Origin: a virus
Taxonomy: Duplodnaviria; Caudoviricetes
Virus record (IMG/VR): IMGVR_UViG_3300032295_002421
Span: 14,630-78,629 of that record
Length of the DNA stretch: 64,000 bases
Direction: 5' to 3' (one strand)
Part shown: one piece after another, positions 10,388 through 19,788 of the stretch
Layout of the letters: every line of letters starts with the position of its first letter
Numbering within the stretch: position 1 is the stretch's first letter
Position numbers and translations under genes: made by a program
Notes under the pieces: model-generated
What the model was told of the DNA's origin: nothing
The model's database searches: none
The model's input: only the letters and a program-made list of their open reading frames with translations

Positions 10388-10989
10388 TGACAGCAAAATA
10401 TTCAGTAGATTGGTTTAGTAATAATATTCCTATATGGGATCAGATATTTACGGAATTTAAGATTAAAGGTTCTGATAATTTAAGATTTTTAGAAATAGGA
10501 TGTTTTGAAGGTAGATCAACAAATTATTTACTAGATAATATTTTAACAGGAAATAATTGTACTATAGACGTAATTGATACATTTGGAGGATCTATTAATG
10601 AAGCGGGTATGAATTTTGATGTATCTTTTAATTTTAGTACTTTATATGAAACATTTGTTAAAAATACAGAACCTCATAAAGAAAAAATCAATATTCATGT
10701 TGGATATTCTGGAGATGTTTTAAGAAAATCTTTCAAGAAAAATTATTTTGATTTTATATACATAGATGGATCTCATACAGCCCCGGATGTATTACAAGAT
10801 GCTGTGCTTTGTCATGATTTATTAAAGTCAAAAGGTATTTTAATATTCGATGATTTTGGATGGAAAGATCCTAGTAATCTTGATCCAACAAATAGTCCGG
10901 AATTAGCAATTGCTTGTTTTTTAAATTGTCATAATAATAACTATGGTATGATAACCCAAGGGTATCAAATAGCAGTTATGAAAAAATAA
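10387..10989 (+). CDS. Class I SAM-dependent methyltransferase (Methyltransf_24-like)
   Basis: FLEIGCFEGRS; FDFIYIDGSH; GILIFDDF. Confidence 0.85.
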   Translation: MTAKYSVDWFSNNIPIWDQIFTEFKIKGSDNLRFLEIGCFEGRSTNYLLDNILTGNNCTIDVIDTFGGSINEAGMNFDVSFNFSTLYETFVKNTEPHKEKINIHVGYSGDVLRKSFKKNYFDFIYIDGSHTAPDVLQDAVLCHDLLKSKGILIFDDFGWKDPSNLDPTNSPELAIACFLNCHNNNYGMITQGYQIAVMKK

Positions 10990-11000
10990 AAAATTGTAAG

Positions 11001-11008
11001 ATATTTAT
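11001..11008 (+). promoter_or_regulatory. Putative late promoter ATATTTAT
   Basis: Same 8-mer lies about 5-25 nt upstream of at least 10 starts of structural or head-cargo genes on both strands. Confidence 0.55.
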
Positions 11009-11018
11009 ATAAAAAACA

Positions 11019-11333
11019 ATGGCAAAAGCGGCTAATCCATTATTTAATATAACTGTAGCAGGAAAGAAATATAAACTCAGGTTTGATGTCAATGATAATC
11101 CAACTAAACTTGGAGTTAAAATGCAGTTTGTAATTGACCAAGAATTTGAAGATCCTAGAGACAAACAAATGTTGGCTAATGAAATTAGTGTAGCACTGCA
11201 AAAGAAACTTGGGGCTTCTGGGGTTATGGTTGATTATGATGATCGTAATCCATACAAAAACGTAATAGGCTTTATAGTGCCTTTAAATTCTGTGGCTATG
11301 TTATTAATTAAAGCCATGAAAGGAGGAGCATAA
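11019..11333 (+). CDS. Hypothetical phage protein
   Basis: 104-aa ORF with late-promoter motif upstream. Confidence 0.7.
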   Translation: MAKAANPLFNITVAGKKYKLRFDVNDNPTKLGVKMQFVIDQEFEDPRDKQMLANEISVALQKKLGASGVMVDYDDRNPYKNVIGFIVPLNSVAMLLIKAMKGGA

Positions 11334-11350
11334 AATAAAATAAATTAGTT

Positions 11351-11707
11351 ATGGTAAGAAGAAGAGTTGTCAGGGCTTTATTTGATAATCCTGAATACCT
11401 TACAGCAGAAGATGTTTCTCAGTCTGAAATACTTAAATCTTTATTGAAAATACATATACCTAATTCTATAGAGTATGCTATAGTTAATAAGAAGATTTAT
11501 GCTTGTTTGTTTGAGATAAATGAAACTAATGAATACGTAGAGATCCATAAAAACCATTGGGTTCAGGCTTTAGAAACCTGTTTACTATGGTATATTGAAG
11601 AAGAGAATTATGAAATGTGTACTCATATTAAAAATATAATTCAATCAATTCAAGATAAGAATAAGGCCAGAAAATTTACAACTAAAACTAAAGCCAGTGG
11701 AGAATGA
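11351..11707 (+). CDS. Hypothetical protein with C-terminal UVR-like motif
   Basis: IEEENYEMCTHIKNII resembles the UvrB/C coiled motif. Confidence 0.55.
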   Translation: MVRRRVVRALFDNPEYLTAEDVSQSEILKSLLKIHIPNSIEYAIVNKKIYACLFEINETNEYVEIHKNHWVQALETCLLWYIEEENYEMCTHIKNIIQSIQDKNKARKFTTKTKASGE

Positions 11708-12104
11708 TTTTAAACAAATTCAATTAGGAGTAAACTCTATAATTGGAACTAAGACTGTAATAAGAAGAAAGAAAAAGACTGAAGTAGATAAGAAAAGAGA
11801 ATTGTTTTTTAACATGATGAATAGTCTAGATGAATTAAACGTCAGACAAAATATTATGTATGCGGATCTTAACTTAGACTTTGCAGATTATGATGAGAAG
11901 TTCTTTACTGTTATAGATGCTCTTATCTATATGCACTTTGGTAAACAATGTACTGAGGTAATTAGTTTCTATTTGTATGAAAGAGTAAATAGTGATGGTA
12001 CATTAAATCCAATAATAGTTAATGACAAAGATGAATTAATACTTGAAAACCCATATGATCTTTGGCATTTAATGTGCAAACTAAATCCTAAATTAGATGC
12101 CTAA
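11697..12104 (+). CDS. Hypothetical phage protein
   Basis: 135-aa ORF overlapping both neighbours. Confidence 0.7.
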   Translation: MENDFKQIQLGVNSIIGTKTVIRRKKKTEVDKKRELFFNMMNSLDELNVRQNIMYADLNLDFADYDEKFFTVIDALIYMHFGKQCTEVISFYLYERVNSDGTLNPIIVNDKDELILENPYDLWHLMCKLNPKLDA

Positions 12105-12849
12105 AGGTTTCTTCACAAAAGAAAATATGGCTAAAGAAGCCAGACCAGATACCTGGTGGAATAAAGGACTTCAATTAACAGAAGAGCAACTTAGAGAAGC
12201 TATGGCAAATAGTCGTAGCAATAAAGAAGCTGCTAGATGGCTTGGTATTACAGATATAACATATAAGAAATACGCTAAGTCTTATATTGATCAAGAAACA
12301 GGAAAGACTTTATTCGAACTACATAAGAATATTCCTGGTAGAGGTGTACCTAAAAACCTTGCAGGTTCTAAATGGAAAGTTGACTTAGATGAAATGCTTA
12401 AAGAGAGTCAACCTATTAATTCAAAGAGAATAGCAAAGCTCAAAGAAGCTTTAATGAAAGATGGTAGACTTGGATATCAATGTTCATCGTGTAAATTCTC
12501 AGAGAAAAGATTAACGGACATGAAAGCTCCACTACTACTCAGTTTTAAAAATGGAAAGAAGAGTGATTGGAGACTTGAAAATTTACAATGGCTTTGTTAC
12601 AATTGTCATTTCCTTTATGTAGGAGATCCATTCTCAAATAAGATGCTACAAAAAGTAGAAGCAGTTTCTATTGATAGTCCTGAAATAAAAGAAGAAGTAC
12701 AAGAGTTATATCAACTTGATGACTTTTACTATGAACATTTAAAAAAGCTTGGACTAGAAGGAGACGGAGACGTATTATTCAAAGATCAAGATCTTATAGA
12801 CTACAAGGATCAGGATGACGGATCCGAATTTATAGACATCAGAAAGTAA
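12097..12849 (+). CDS. HTH + HNH-type endonuclease domain protein
   Basis: SNKEAARWLGITDITYKKY (HTH-like); CSSC...NG...DWRLENLQWLCYNCH (HNH with Zn ligands). Confidence 0.65.
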   Translation: MPKGFFTKENMAKEARPDTWWNKGLQLTEEQLREAMANSRSNKEAARWLGITDITYKKYAKSYIDQETGKTLFELHKNIPGRGVPKNLAGSKWKVDLDEMLKESQPINSKRIAKLKEALMKDGRLGYQCSSCKFSEKRLTDMKAPLLLSFKNGKKSDWRLENLQWLCYNCHFLYVGDPFSNKMLQKVEAVSIDSPEIKEEVQELYQLDDFYYEHLKKLGLEGDGDVLFKDQDLIDYKDQDDGSEFIDIRK

Positions 12850-12878
12850 CCATTTATATATATAGTTTCTTTATATAT

Positions 12879-13038
12879 ATAACCTATTAATTTCCAATAC
12901 TTTATAACTTATTGATTTTCAATCACTTGCATAACTGATTGATTTCCAATCGACAATTTTTAAAAAAAGACTAAAAAGATTTTTTTATGTCAAAAATATG
13001 TCGTAATTTTACTATGTATCAAATCAATAATGAATATG
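12879..13038 (+). repeat. Early-promoter cassette copy 1 (3 IHF-box units, A/T tract, promoter core, RBS/start)
   Basis: Units at 12879, 12904, 12931; core TGTCGTAATTTTACTATGTATCAAATCAATAATG at 12999. Confidence 0.9.
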
Positions 13039-13374
13039 GACATCAAGATCTTCGTTTTTAACTACATTACTAAAGAGACAATCATTGACAGTACGATAAC
13101 TGTTCAAGGCGATTTTGCAACAGCCGAGGCTAACCACCAGGTATTTAGAGAAGTTCATCCGGACTGTCAAGTCAATTTTGTTATTGATAGTAAGAACTTT
13201 ATTTTTGCTCCACCTTTAAATCAAGAAAAGGACGAGATCGCTTATGAAGAAGGTCGTATGACTTGGAACGAGTATGTGTCTAAATGGCACGGAGGTTCAG
13301 CATTAGAAAGCGATAGCGATATGCCTAGCTATGAAGATATGGCGCATGCTGCATTTTATTCTCAAAATTTATAA
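13030..13374 (+). CDS. Early hypothetical protein
   Basis: Starts inside cassette 1 (MNM...). Confidence 0.7.
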   Translation: MNMDIKIFVFNYITKETIIDSTITVQGDFATAEANHQVFREVHPDCQVNFVIDSKNFIFAPPLNQEKDEIAYEEGRMTWNEYVSKWHGGSALESDSDMPSYEDMAHAAFYSQNL

Positions 13375-13385
13375 AATAATAGAAT

Positions 13386-13529
13386 ATGAAAATATTAAGC
13401 GTAAATGATTATTTTGTAGAGGTATTGTGGATAGATGATAATGAGATCGAATACATTCCACGTGAAGAGTTTGACAAGAAGTATGGAGCTCCAAAAGATC
13501 CTTCAATTCCAATTTTATTCATTAAATAA
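13386..13529 (+). CDS. Small hypothetical protein (47 aa)
   Basis: MKILSVNDYF...PILFIK*, read by hand; fills gap between ORFs. Confidence 0.55.
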   Translation: MKILSVNDYFVEVLWIDDNEIEYIPREEFDKKYGAPKDPSIPILFIK

Positions 13530-13611
13530 ATAGTTATGACTCTAACAGTTCCAATCGTTACTTATCCACATTTTCCAAAAGAAATTCAAACAATCCACTT
13601 AAATTAAGGTT

Positions 13612-13974
13612 ATGACTCAAAAAGAAATTAAAGCATTAGCATCAGAAATTATTGGCGACGGACAACTTCCTAATAAGTTCTTCGTAACAGTAAGTCCTTA
13701 TATTACAACTATTGATGAGTTTGGAGATCATAATTCAGAACTTATTGAAGGTTACACTGATGAGGATACTACAACAGAAGTCTTTGACACTTATGAAGAA
13801 GCCGAAGAATATTTCAATACAATAGATCTTGATCATCGTTATGGTACAGGACATGCCATGATTGAAGATAGATTGACTGGACAAATTACAGAAATATTTT
13901 TAGAGTCAGTAGTTGAAGTTAATTATCATTTGCGTGGACATGATATGTCAAAAACATTTGGTTATAAAAAATAA
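13612..13974 (+). CDS. Acidic hypothetical protein
   Basis: ORF track; GGTTATG start context. Confidence 0.7.
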   Translation: MTQKEIKALASEIIGDGQLPNKFFVTVSPYITTIDEFGDHNSELIEGYTDEDTTTEVFDTYEEAEEYFNTIDLDHRYGTGHAMIEDRLTGQITEIFLESVVEVNYHLRGHDMSKTFGYKK

Positions 13975-13978
13975 TATT

Positions 13979-14200
13979 ATGAATAAATTAAGAATACGGA
14001 AAACAATTACGCCTAAGAATTCTTTAGAGTATAATGAATGGCTAAAAGAATTTAATTTTGGAAGTGCTTATGATCTTACTAAAGAGAAAGCTAGGAAGCA
14101 CTCTTTAAATGAACACTACGACTTTACTAAACTAATTCCTCAGACTGAAGAATTTAGTTTTAAAAATATCCTAGAATTGGTTAAATTTAAGTTCCTATGA
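13979..14200 (+). CDS. Hypothetical protein
   Basis: Start reset to MNKLRIRK at 13979. Confidence 0.6.
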   Translation: MNKLRIRKTITPKNSLEYNEWLKEFNFGSAYDLTKEKARKHSLNEHYDFTKLIPQTEEFSFKNILELVKFKFL

Positions 14201-14520
14201 TAATTGTGCACTCTTTTATAGTTCCATTCTTTTGGATAGACGAGAAAGGTCCTTATCTAATAGATGATAATGGAAGAAGAGATTTGCCTCAAGGTACCAC
14301 AAGAGATCAGATCCTGTGGTTCAAGAAGCCTCATAGAGGTGGAAAGAACCCTGCATTTGAAAGGGATATTGAATGGGATGTGGAAGGTACAAAAGGTAAG
14401 AAGTATCTAGTGACACTCAAAGGAAAAACCTGGGAGTGCAACTGTCACTCTTTTAAATTTTCTGGAAATAAAAGAACATGCAAACATATAGAGGACTTAA
14501 AGGGTTCATATTTATCATAG
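14197..14520 (+). CDS. SWIM zinc-finger protein
   Basis: WECNCHSF...TCKHI (CxC..CxH). Confidence 0.8.
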   Translation: MIIVHSFIVPFFWIDEKGPYLIDDNGRRDLPQGTTRDQILWFKKPHRGGKNPAFERDIEWDVEGTKGKKYLVTLKGKTWECNCHSFKFSGNKRTCKHIEDLKGSYLS

Positions 14521-14538
14521 GACCTAAAACCTATCTAT

Positions 14539-15132
14539 ATGAACAAGAAGGAAAGAGAGTTCGTCAAATACGTAAAGTCTGAATGTAAAAAGTATGGGGT
14601 CAAGTGTGACTTGAGGAAAACTAGATACGTTAGATTATCAGGAAATATAAAGTGCTCAGGATATTTTGATGAAGATACTCCGGCTCTTGTTTGTTCAATG
14701 AATAGAAAGGATTGGATAGAGATCCTTGCACATGAATTTTCTCACCTCACGCAATGGATAGAGCAGATAGATATTTGGAAGAAGTGTATGACAAGTATGC
14801 CTCTTGTAGATGCTTGGTTAGAAGGTGAAGAGGTTCCTAATATAAAGAAACATTTGGCAGTATCTAGAGAGTTAGAATTGGATAATGAAAAAAGGTCTGT
14901 AAGAATTATTAAAAAGTTTGGTCTAGATGTAGACATAGATAGCTATATAAAAAAGGCTAATGCATATATCTACTTCTATAATAGATTATTGGCTACAAGA
15001 AAGTGGGCCACTCCAAACAATAGCCCATACAGTAACCAAAAGATCATAGAGAAGATGCCAAGGTATTTTAAAGCTGATTATTCAATAACACCTAAAAGAA
15101 TAGAAAAAGTATTCATACAAGAAAACTTATAG
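14539..15132 (+). CDS. Putative zinc metallopeptidase (HExxH)
   Basis: ILAHEFSHLTQW followed by ELELDNE. Confidence 0.6.
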   Translation: MNKKEREFVKYVKSECKKYGVKCDLRKTRYVRLSGNIKCSGYFDEDTPALVCSMNRKDWIEILAHEFSHLTQWIEQIDIWKKCMTSMPLVDAWLEGEEVPNIKKHLAVSRELELDNEKRSVRIIKKFGLDVDIDSYIKKANAYIYFYNRLLATRKWATPNNSPYSNQKIIEKMPRYFKADYSITPKRIEKVFIQENL

Positions 15133-15134
15133 TT

Positions 15135-15515
15135 ATGGACTCAACAATAAAGCCTACGAGAAAACACGTAAATCAAATCCTTGATTGGTGTATAAAGACT
15201 TATGGTAAATCTAAATTCAATAGACCAATTCCAGAAATAGAGTTTAAGAAACCAGACTACTATACAGAAGGATGTATAGCATATTACGATGAGATTGATG
15301 CTGTTATATTTGTAGACAAAGTTGCTAATGATAGTTTAAATGAGTTAGCGAATAGCATCATCCACGAATATATACACTACAAACAAAACATGAAACACTA
15401 TCAGATACTTGCAATGTATCTACCAGATCATAAAAATCCTATGGAAATTGAGGCATCAAAAATTGCTAAAAGAGATACAAAAAAGTGCTTAAAAGAACTA
15501 TTTGGCACTAAGTAG
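15135..15515 (+). CDS. Putative zinc metallopeptidase (HExxH, SprT-like)
   Basis: IIHEYIHYKQ...PMEIEA. Confidence 0.6.
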   Translation: MDSTIKPTRKHVNQILDWCIKTYGKSKFNRPIPEIEFKKPDYYTEGCIAYYDEIDAVIFVDKVANDSLNELANSIIHEYIHYKQNMKHYQILAMYLPDHKNPMEIEASKIAKRDTKKCLKELFGTK

Positions 15516-15559
15516 TTTAACCTTACTATTAATATTTATTATTATATTAATTTAATATA

Positions 15560-15850
15560 ATGACTATACTTCAAGTAACAGAATCAGAACACATAAAAGA
15601 GTATTTTTTACAATATGGGATTTTGGGTATACTTGCTTTTTTACTTGGCTATTTTGCATGGATGCAATATCAAAGACTTGTTAAAAAAAATGATATGCTT
15701 GAAGAAAAAGTAGATAGACTTCAAGAAGAAATGATGGGATTAATTGCAGAAGAAAGAGATAGACTAGCAGAACTTATTAAAGATAATACTGAAGCGTTGC
15801 GTGAATTACAGAAAACGATATTTAAGTACATGGTTAAAAATAATGAGTGA
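15560..15850 (+). CDS. Holin-like membrane protein (1 TM + coiled coil)
   Basis: QYGILGILAFLLGYFAW hydrophobic helix; late motif at 15532. Confidence 0.45.
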   Translation: MTILQVTESEHIKEYFLQYGILGILAFLLGYFAWMQYQRLVKKNDMLEEKVDRLQEEMMGLIAEERDRLAELIKDNTEALRELQKTIFKYMVKNNE

Positions 15851-16164
15851 TGGATTACAAGAAATATTCTTTAGGCAAAATGGGAGATAAATTAGTTAAA
15901 GCAATGGAAGCTAAAGAGCATTTCGATAAGAAAGAAATTGAAAATAATTATATAAGAAAAATACAAACACTAAAAGAGATCCTCACTCACGAATATAAAT
16001 TTGCTACTGAAAATAAAGGTAAGCATTCAAATTACGCAATTAAATTAGAAGTAGTTGAGAAGCATATAGACTACGTAAAAAAGGTTCAAAATAAAAAGTC
16101 ATTTGATCAATCAGATAAACAGATCATAGACCAACTAATCCTAAAGTATACCTCCCATAACTGA
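15847..16164 (+). CDS. Hypothetical protein
   Basis: 105-aa ORF coupled to upstream gene. Confidence 0.6.
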   Translation: MMDYKKYSLGKMGDKLVKAMEAKEHFDKKEIENNYIRKIQTLKEILTHEYKFATENKGKHSNYAIKLEVVEKHIDYVKKVQNKKSFDQSDKQIIDQLILKYTSHN

Positions 16165-16314
16165 TTGATTTCCAATCACTTATAACTTATTGATAATCAA
16201 TCACTTATAACTTATTGATTTTCAATCGAGAATTTTTAAAAAAAGTCAAAATAAATTTTTTTATCTCGATGGAATGTCTTAATTTTACTATGTATCAAAC
16301 AAATAAAAGTTATG
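16157..16314 (+). repeat. Early-promoter cassette copy 2
   Basis: Units at 16157, 16182, 16207; core TGTCTTAATTTTACTATGTATC at 16275. Confidence 0.9.
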
Positions 16315-17190
16315 AATAAGCAAGTTATCCTCTCAGCTCTAGAAGCACAGCTCAAGACAAAACAGTCAGAAATTGAAGTCTATGAAAATGACATAGTCAA
16401 GCCAGCGTACGAAGCACAGAATGCCAGTATCTTAGCTTGGTTCCAAGAAAATGTATCTAATTTAATTCAAAAAATATCAGCTACTAGAGACAGGATTGAG
16501 ATCATGAAATTCGAAGAGCATGCACGCTGGAATTCATGTACTATTTCTCTAATGACTGACTATAGAAGTGAGTCTAGATCTAAGTACGCTGAGTTTAGTT
16601 GGTATAGTTCTAGAGCTACGGCAAAAGACGGATTTGTTCTAGCCGATGTACAAATATTTGGAGCCGTAGCTGCTAAGTTTCAAGAGATAGAAAACTTATT
16701 CATATATGAATGGGGACCAGCATTTACTGAGATATATAATGAGCTCAATAAAATGGAAAGAGAGTGCTCAGACTTGAGTACTACTATTAGTAATACAAAG
16801 AGCGAAATCGCTAGTGAAGCAAAGAATCAATATAAAAAAGCTGGCTTCTTTTGTAAATTAAATACTAAAAAATATATCCATACAAATTGGGATACAAATG
16901 ATGTTACTTTGCAAGATATAGATCATCAAATAAAATTACAAATAGGTAGAAGTAACTATGACTATGTATATGCAAGTGCTTTTAAAGTGAAAGAAATAAA
17001 CAAATACAAATGCACATTACAAATCTCTAACTCACATGGAGTATTAGATAAAGAATTTACTGTAACAATTAAAAGATTTAATCAGTTTATCGATGATGTG
17101 TTTAATTGGCAAAATGGTGGATCTGAAAGTGATAGTAAATACACTATAGATAGGTTCAATAGGAGATATGCTAAACAAGAAAATGCATAA
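16312..17190 (+). CDS. Early hypothetical protein
   Basis: 292-aa ORF directly after cassette 2. Confidence 0.75.
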   Translation: MNKQVILSALEAQLKTKQSEIEVYENDIVKPAYEAQNASILAWFQENVSNLIQKISATRDRIEIMKFEEHARWNSCTISLMTDYRSESRSKYAEFSWYSSRATAKDGFVLADVQIFGAVAAKFQEIENLFIYEWGPAFTEIYNELNKMERECSDLSTTISNTKSEIASEAKNQYKKAGFFCKLNTKKYIHTNWDTNDVTLQDIDHQIKLQIGRSNYDYVYASAFKVKEINKYKCTLQISNSHGVLDKEFTVTIKRFNQFIDDVFNWQNGGSESDSKYTIDRFNRRYAKQENA

Positions 17191-17192
17191 TA

Positions 17193-17282
17193 ATGAAGTA
17201 CATTAAGTATTTAAAAGATGAGTCATTATTGGCACTAATAGGATTAATTCTAATATTCATTTATATCATATCAAAAAATTAA
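17193..17282 (+). CDS. Small membrane peptide (29 aa)
   Basis: MKYIKYLKDESLLALIGLILIFIYIISKN*, read by hand. Confidence 0.4.
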   Translation: MKYIKYLKDESLLALIGLILIFIYIISKN

Positions 17283-17287
17283 AGGTT

Positions 17288-17743
17288 ATGGGATTAGACA
17301 TGTACATGTATAAAAAACTTTATATATCTCAAGGTGATTTTTTTAAAGAAGAATATAGAGATCAGGTCTCTATTACTAAAGGTGGTAAAGATCATCCTAC
17401 AATTAAAAATAGTCGCGTTAGATATGTAATTGAAGAGATAGGATATTGGCGTAAAGCAAATGCTATTCATAAATGGTTCGTAGATAATATTCAAAAAGGA
17501 CACGATGATTGTGGAGAATATTTTGTATTTCCAAATCAACTTCAACAACTTAAAGATCTTTGCCTTCAAGTAATTGAAGACGGTAATAAAGCTCCTGAAT
17601 TACTTCCTACTAATAGTGGTTGTTTCTTTGGTAGTACTGAATATGATGAATATTATTTTGATGATCTACATGAAACAGTAAAAATAATAGACGAAGCTTT
17701 ATTAGATCCTGAAGGAGCTTATTATTATTCATCAAGTTGGTAA
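17288..17743 (+). CDS. Conserved phage hypothetical protein
   Basis: MGLDMY...YWRKANAIHKWF...DDCGEY...GCFFGSTEYDEYY, a recognisable phage family. Confidence 0.75.
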   Translation: MGLDMYMYKKLYISQGDFFKEEYRDQVSITKGGKDHPTIKNSRVRYVIEEIGYWRKANAIHKWFVDNIQKGHDDCGEYFVFPNQLQQLKDLCLQVIEDGNKAPELLPTNSGCFFGSTEYDEYYFDDLHETVKIIDEALLDPEGAYYYSSSW

Positions 17744-17753
17744 AAATAAAAAC

Positions 17754-18023
17754 ATGAAGACATTTAAAGACTTAGAATTTATAGAAATAAAAGATCTATT
17801 CTATAATGGAGTGCAGTGTAGAATTCAATTTGGCAACGGATACGGAGCCAGCATAGTTAGACACAACTTTAGTTATGGAGGAAAAGAAGGTCTCTATGAG
17901 CTTGCTGTATTAGATGAGAATGGAAAGCTACATTATGACAATCCAGTAGCTAATGGAGATGTTAGAGGGCATTTGACACCTGATGAAGTTACAGAACTAT
18001 TAAAACAAATTCAAGAGTTATGA
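17754..18023 (+). CDS. Conserved phage hypothetical protein
   Basis: NGYGASIVRHNFSYGGKEGLYELAVL. Confidence 0.75.
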   Translation: MKTFKDLEFIEIKDLFYNGVQCRIQFGNGYGASIVRHNFSYGGKEGLYELAVLDENGKLHYDNPVANGDVRGHLTPDEVTELLKQIQEL

Positions 18024-18223
18024 AAAAGTATTGTAAAGTATGTGGAACTGAGATCCACCCAAAACGTGTAGCATTAGGATATTCTACTTCTTGTGTAAAG
18101 CATTCGACTGCCGAAAGATATACAGGTATTGTGGCAGCAGGATCTAAAAATGACTTTGAAGTTCATGTCATTAAAGATAGTAAGGTTGCCAAAGAACTTG
18201 TTAAGATGTCAAATATTTATTAG
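18020..18223 (+). CDS. Small Zn-finger-like protein
   Basis: CKVC...SCVKH. Confidence 0.55.
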   Translation: MKKYCKVCGTEIHPKRVALGYSTSCVKHSTAERYTGIVAAGSKNDFEVHVIKDSKVAKELVKMSNIY

Positions 18224-18233
18224 AAAGAATCAA

Positions 18234-18512
18234 ATGAATTACGTAGACCCAGTTAAGTATAGCAAAGCAATCTTATCATTGATGGAAGATGAATCAATGC
18301 CACAAGAGGAAACCATTCCGGTTAAAGGTAATATGACTATGAAAGAAAGAGTATCTAACCTTTCTCCTGATGATAAAAAGAAACTTGAGGAATACATTGA
18401 TGCTATTAAAGAGATCAAGAAAGAGATCCACGAATTAATTAATAAAGATGCCATTGCAGAAGAAGGCGGTAATATGTCTTCAGGATTGTATATGAGTACA
18501 GAAGAGGAATAA
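18234..18512 (+). CDS. Acidic hypothetical protein (late motif upstream)
   Basis: Start reset to MNYVDP at 18234; ATATTTAT at 18213. Confidence 0.6.
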   Translation: MNYVDPVKYSKAILSLMEDESMPQEETIPVKGNMTMKERVSNLSPDDKKKLEEYIDAIKEIKKEIHELINKDAIAEEGGNMSSGLYMSTEEE

Positions 18513-18523
18513 AATAAAATAAA

Positions 18524-18871
18524 ATGGTTTTGTTAAATTTAGTTTACGGAGTTCTTTATGGTATAATAGGACAAGTCTTATCTTTTATTCAACTACAAGG
18601 CGGTATCAAATGGGGTTGGACTGAGAAATACAGTTGGGCTCTTATGTTACTTGGACTTCCTATTAGTTGGGCATTCATGAAAAGTGTCCACAATTTTATC
18701 TTAGCATTTCATGGAGAAACTTGGCCTTCAAGACTATTAGGTTTTGGAATTGGAGTTATAGTATTCATTGCACTTACTTGGTTTTTATTTAAAGAAGGTG
18801 TAACACTAAAGACTTCAATTTGTTTATTTCTTGCATTAGTTATAATTTTGATACAAATGTTGTGGAAATGA
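18524..18871 (+). CDS. Small multi-pass membrane protein
   Basis: About 4 hydrophobic segments; SMR/DMT-like size. Confidence 0.6.
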   Translation: MVLLNLVYGVLYGIIGQVLSFIQLQGGIKWGWTEKYSWALMLLGLPISWAFMKSVHNFILAFHGETWPSRLLGFGIGVIVFIALTWFLFKEGVTLKTSICLFLALVIILIQMLWK

Positions 18872-19605
18872 AAACTGTTGTATTAGGAGATACTCATGGA
18901 AGATCTAATTGGAAGCTTGCTATTCATCAAGAAAAGCCCGGTAGAGTTATATTCATTGGTGATTACTTTGACTCATTTGAGTTTAGTGGAGTAGAGCAGA
19001 TTAATAACTTTAAAGAGATTATAAAGTATAAAGAAAATAATCTACAAGTTGAAGTGGTAATGTTAATTGGCAATCATGATCATCATTACTTTCCAGAAGT
19101 AGGATATACAGGTACTAGTGGTTATCAAAATAAAATTGCTCCATCAATTACACAAGTGATAGATGAGAATAGACATCATTTACAAATGGCTTATGGTTTT
19201 GGTGAGTATCTATTTACTCATGCTGGTGTAAGTCCTGTATTTATGGATGAAACATTTGGAGAAAATGATTGGAGTATAGAAAACATTGTAGTAGATCTAA
19301 ATGAAATGTTTAAATATAAACCTAAAGCATTTGACTTTAATGGTTTTGAATATACAGGTAATAATACAACACAGACACCAATCTGGATTAGACCGAGTGC
19401 TTTGATGTCTGCAAATAAGAAACATCCTAAAGGATTAAAGAAAGACTATATTCAAATTGTAGGACATACCCAAATGCGTAAATTAGATTTAGAAGATAGT
19501 AATAAATTTACAGGAGGTAGATATTATTTCATAGATACTATGGATACAACAGGACAATATCTTATAATTGAAGATGGTAAACTAAGTGTTAATTCTGTAA
19601 AATGA
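18868..19605 (+). CDS. Calcineurin-like metallophosphoesterase
   Basis: GDTHG, FIGDYFD, GNHD, FTHAG, VGHT; start reset to 18868. Confidence 0.9.
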   Translation: MKTVVLGDTHGRSNWKLAIHQEKPGRVIFIGDYFDSFEFSGVEQINNFKEIIKYKENNLQVEVVMLIGNHDHHYFPEVGYTGTSGYQNKIAPSITQVIDENRHHLQMAYGFGEYLFTHAGVSPVFMDETFGENDWSIENIVVDLNEMFKYKPKAFDFNGFEYTGNNTTQTPIWIRPSALMSANKKHPKGLKKDYIQIVGHTQMRKLDLEDSNKFTGGRYYFIDTMDTTGQYLIIEDGKLSVNSVK

Positions 19606-19614
19606 TTATTAATT

Positions 19615-19788
19615 ATGACAGTAAAAGAAAGAGCCAATTTTTTGGTAGAAAGATATGGAGATAACTGTATTCAAGTTGTTAATAGTTTATTAGAAGACAA
19701 TACAGAAACAAATTATTTGTCTTATTGGAAAGATGTACTTAAAACATGTCAAGAAATTCTAACAAATAAAAAACAAGTTAATGCCTAA
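19615..19788 (+). CDS. Small hypothetical protein (57 aa), distant paralogue of 27131..27367
   Basis: MTVKERA...YWKDV resembles MTAKEKA...YWEKV. Confidence 0.5.
   Translation: MTVKERANFLVERYGDNCIQVVNSLLEDNTETNYLSYWKDVLKTCQEILTNKKQVNA

Noticed and set aside
12853-12882. (TA)n hairpin before cassette 1
   Set aside because: Low-complexity AT repeat, self-complementary by composition and absent from the other four cassettes
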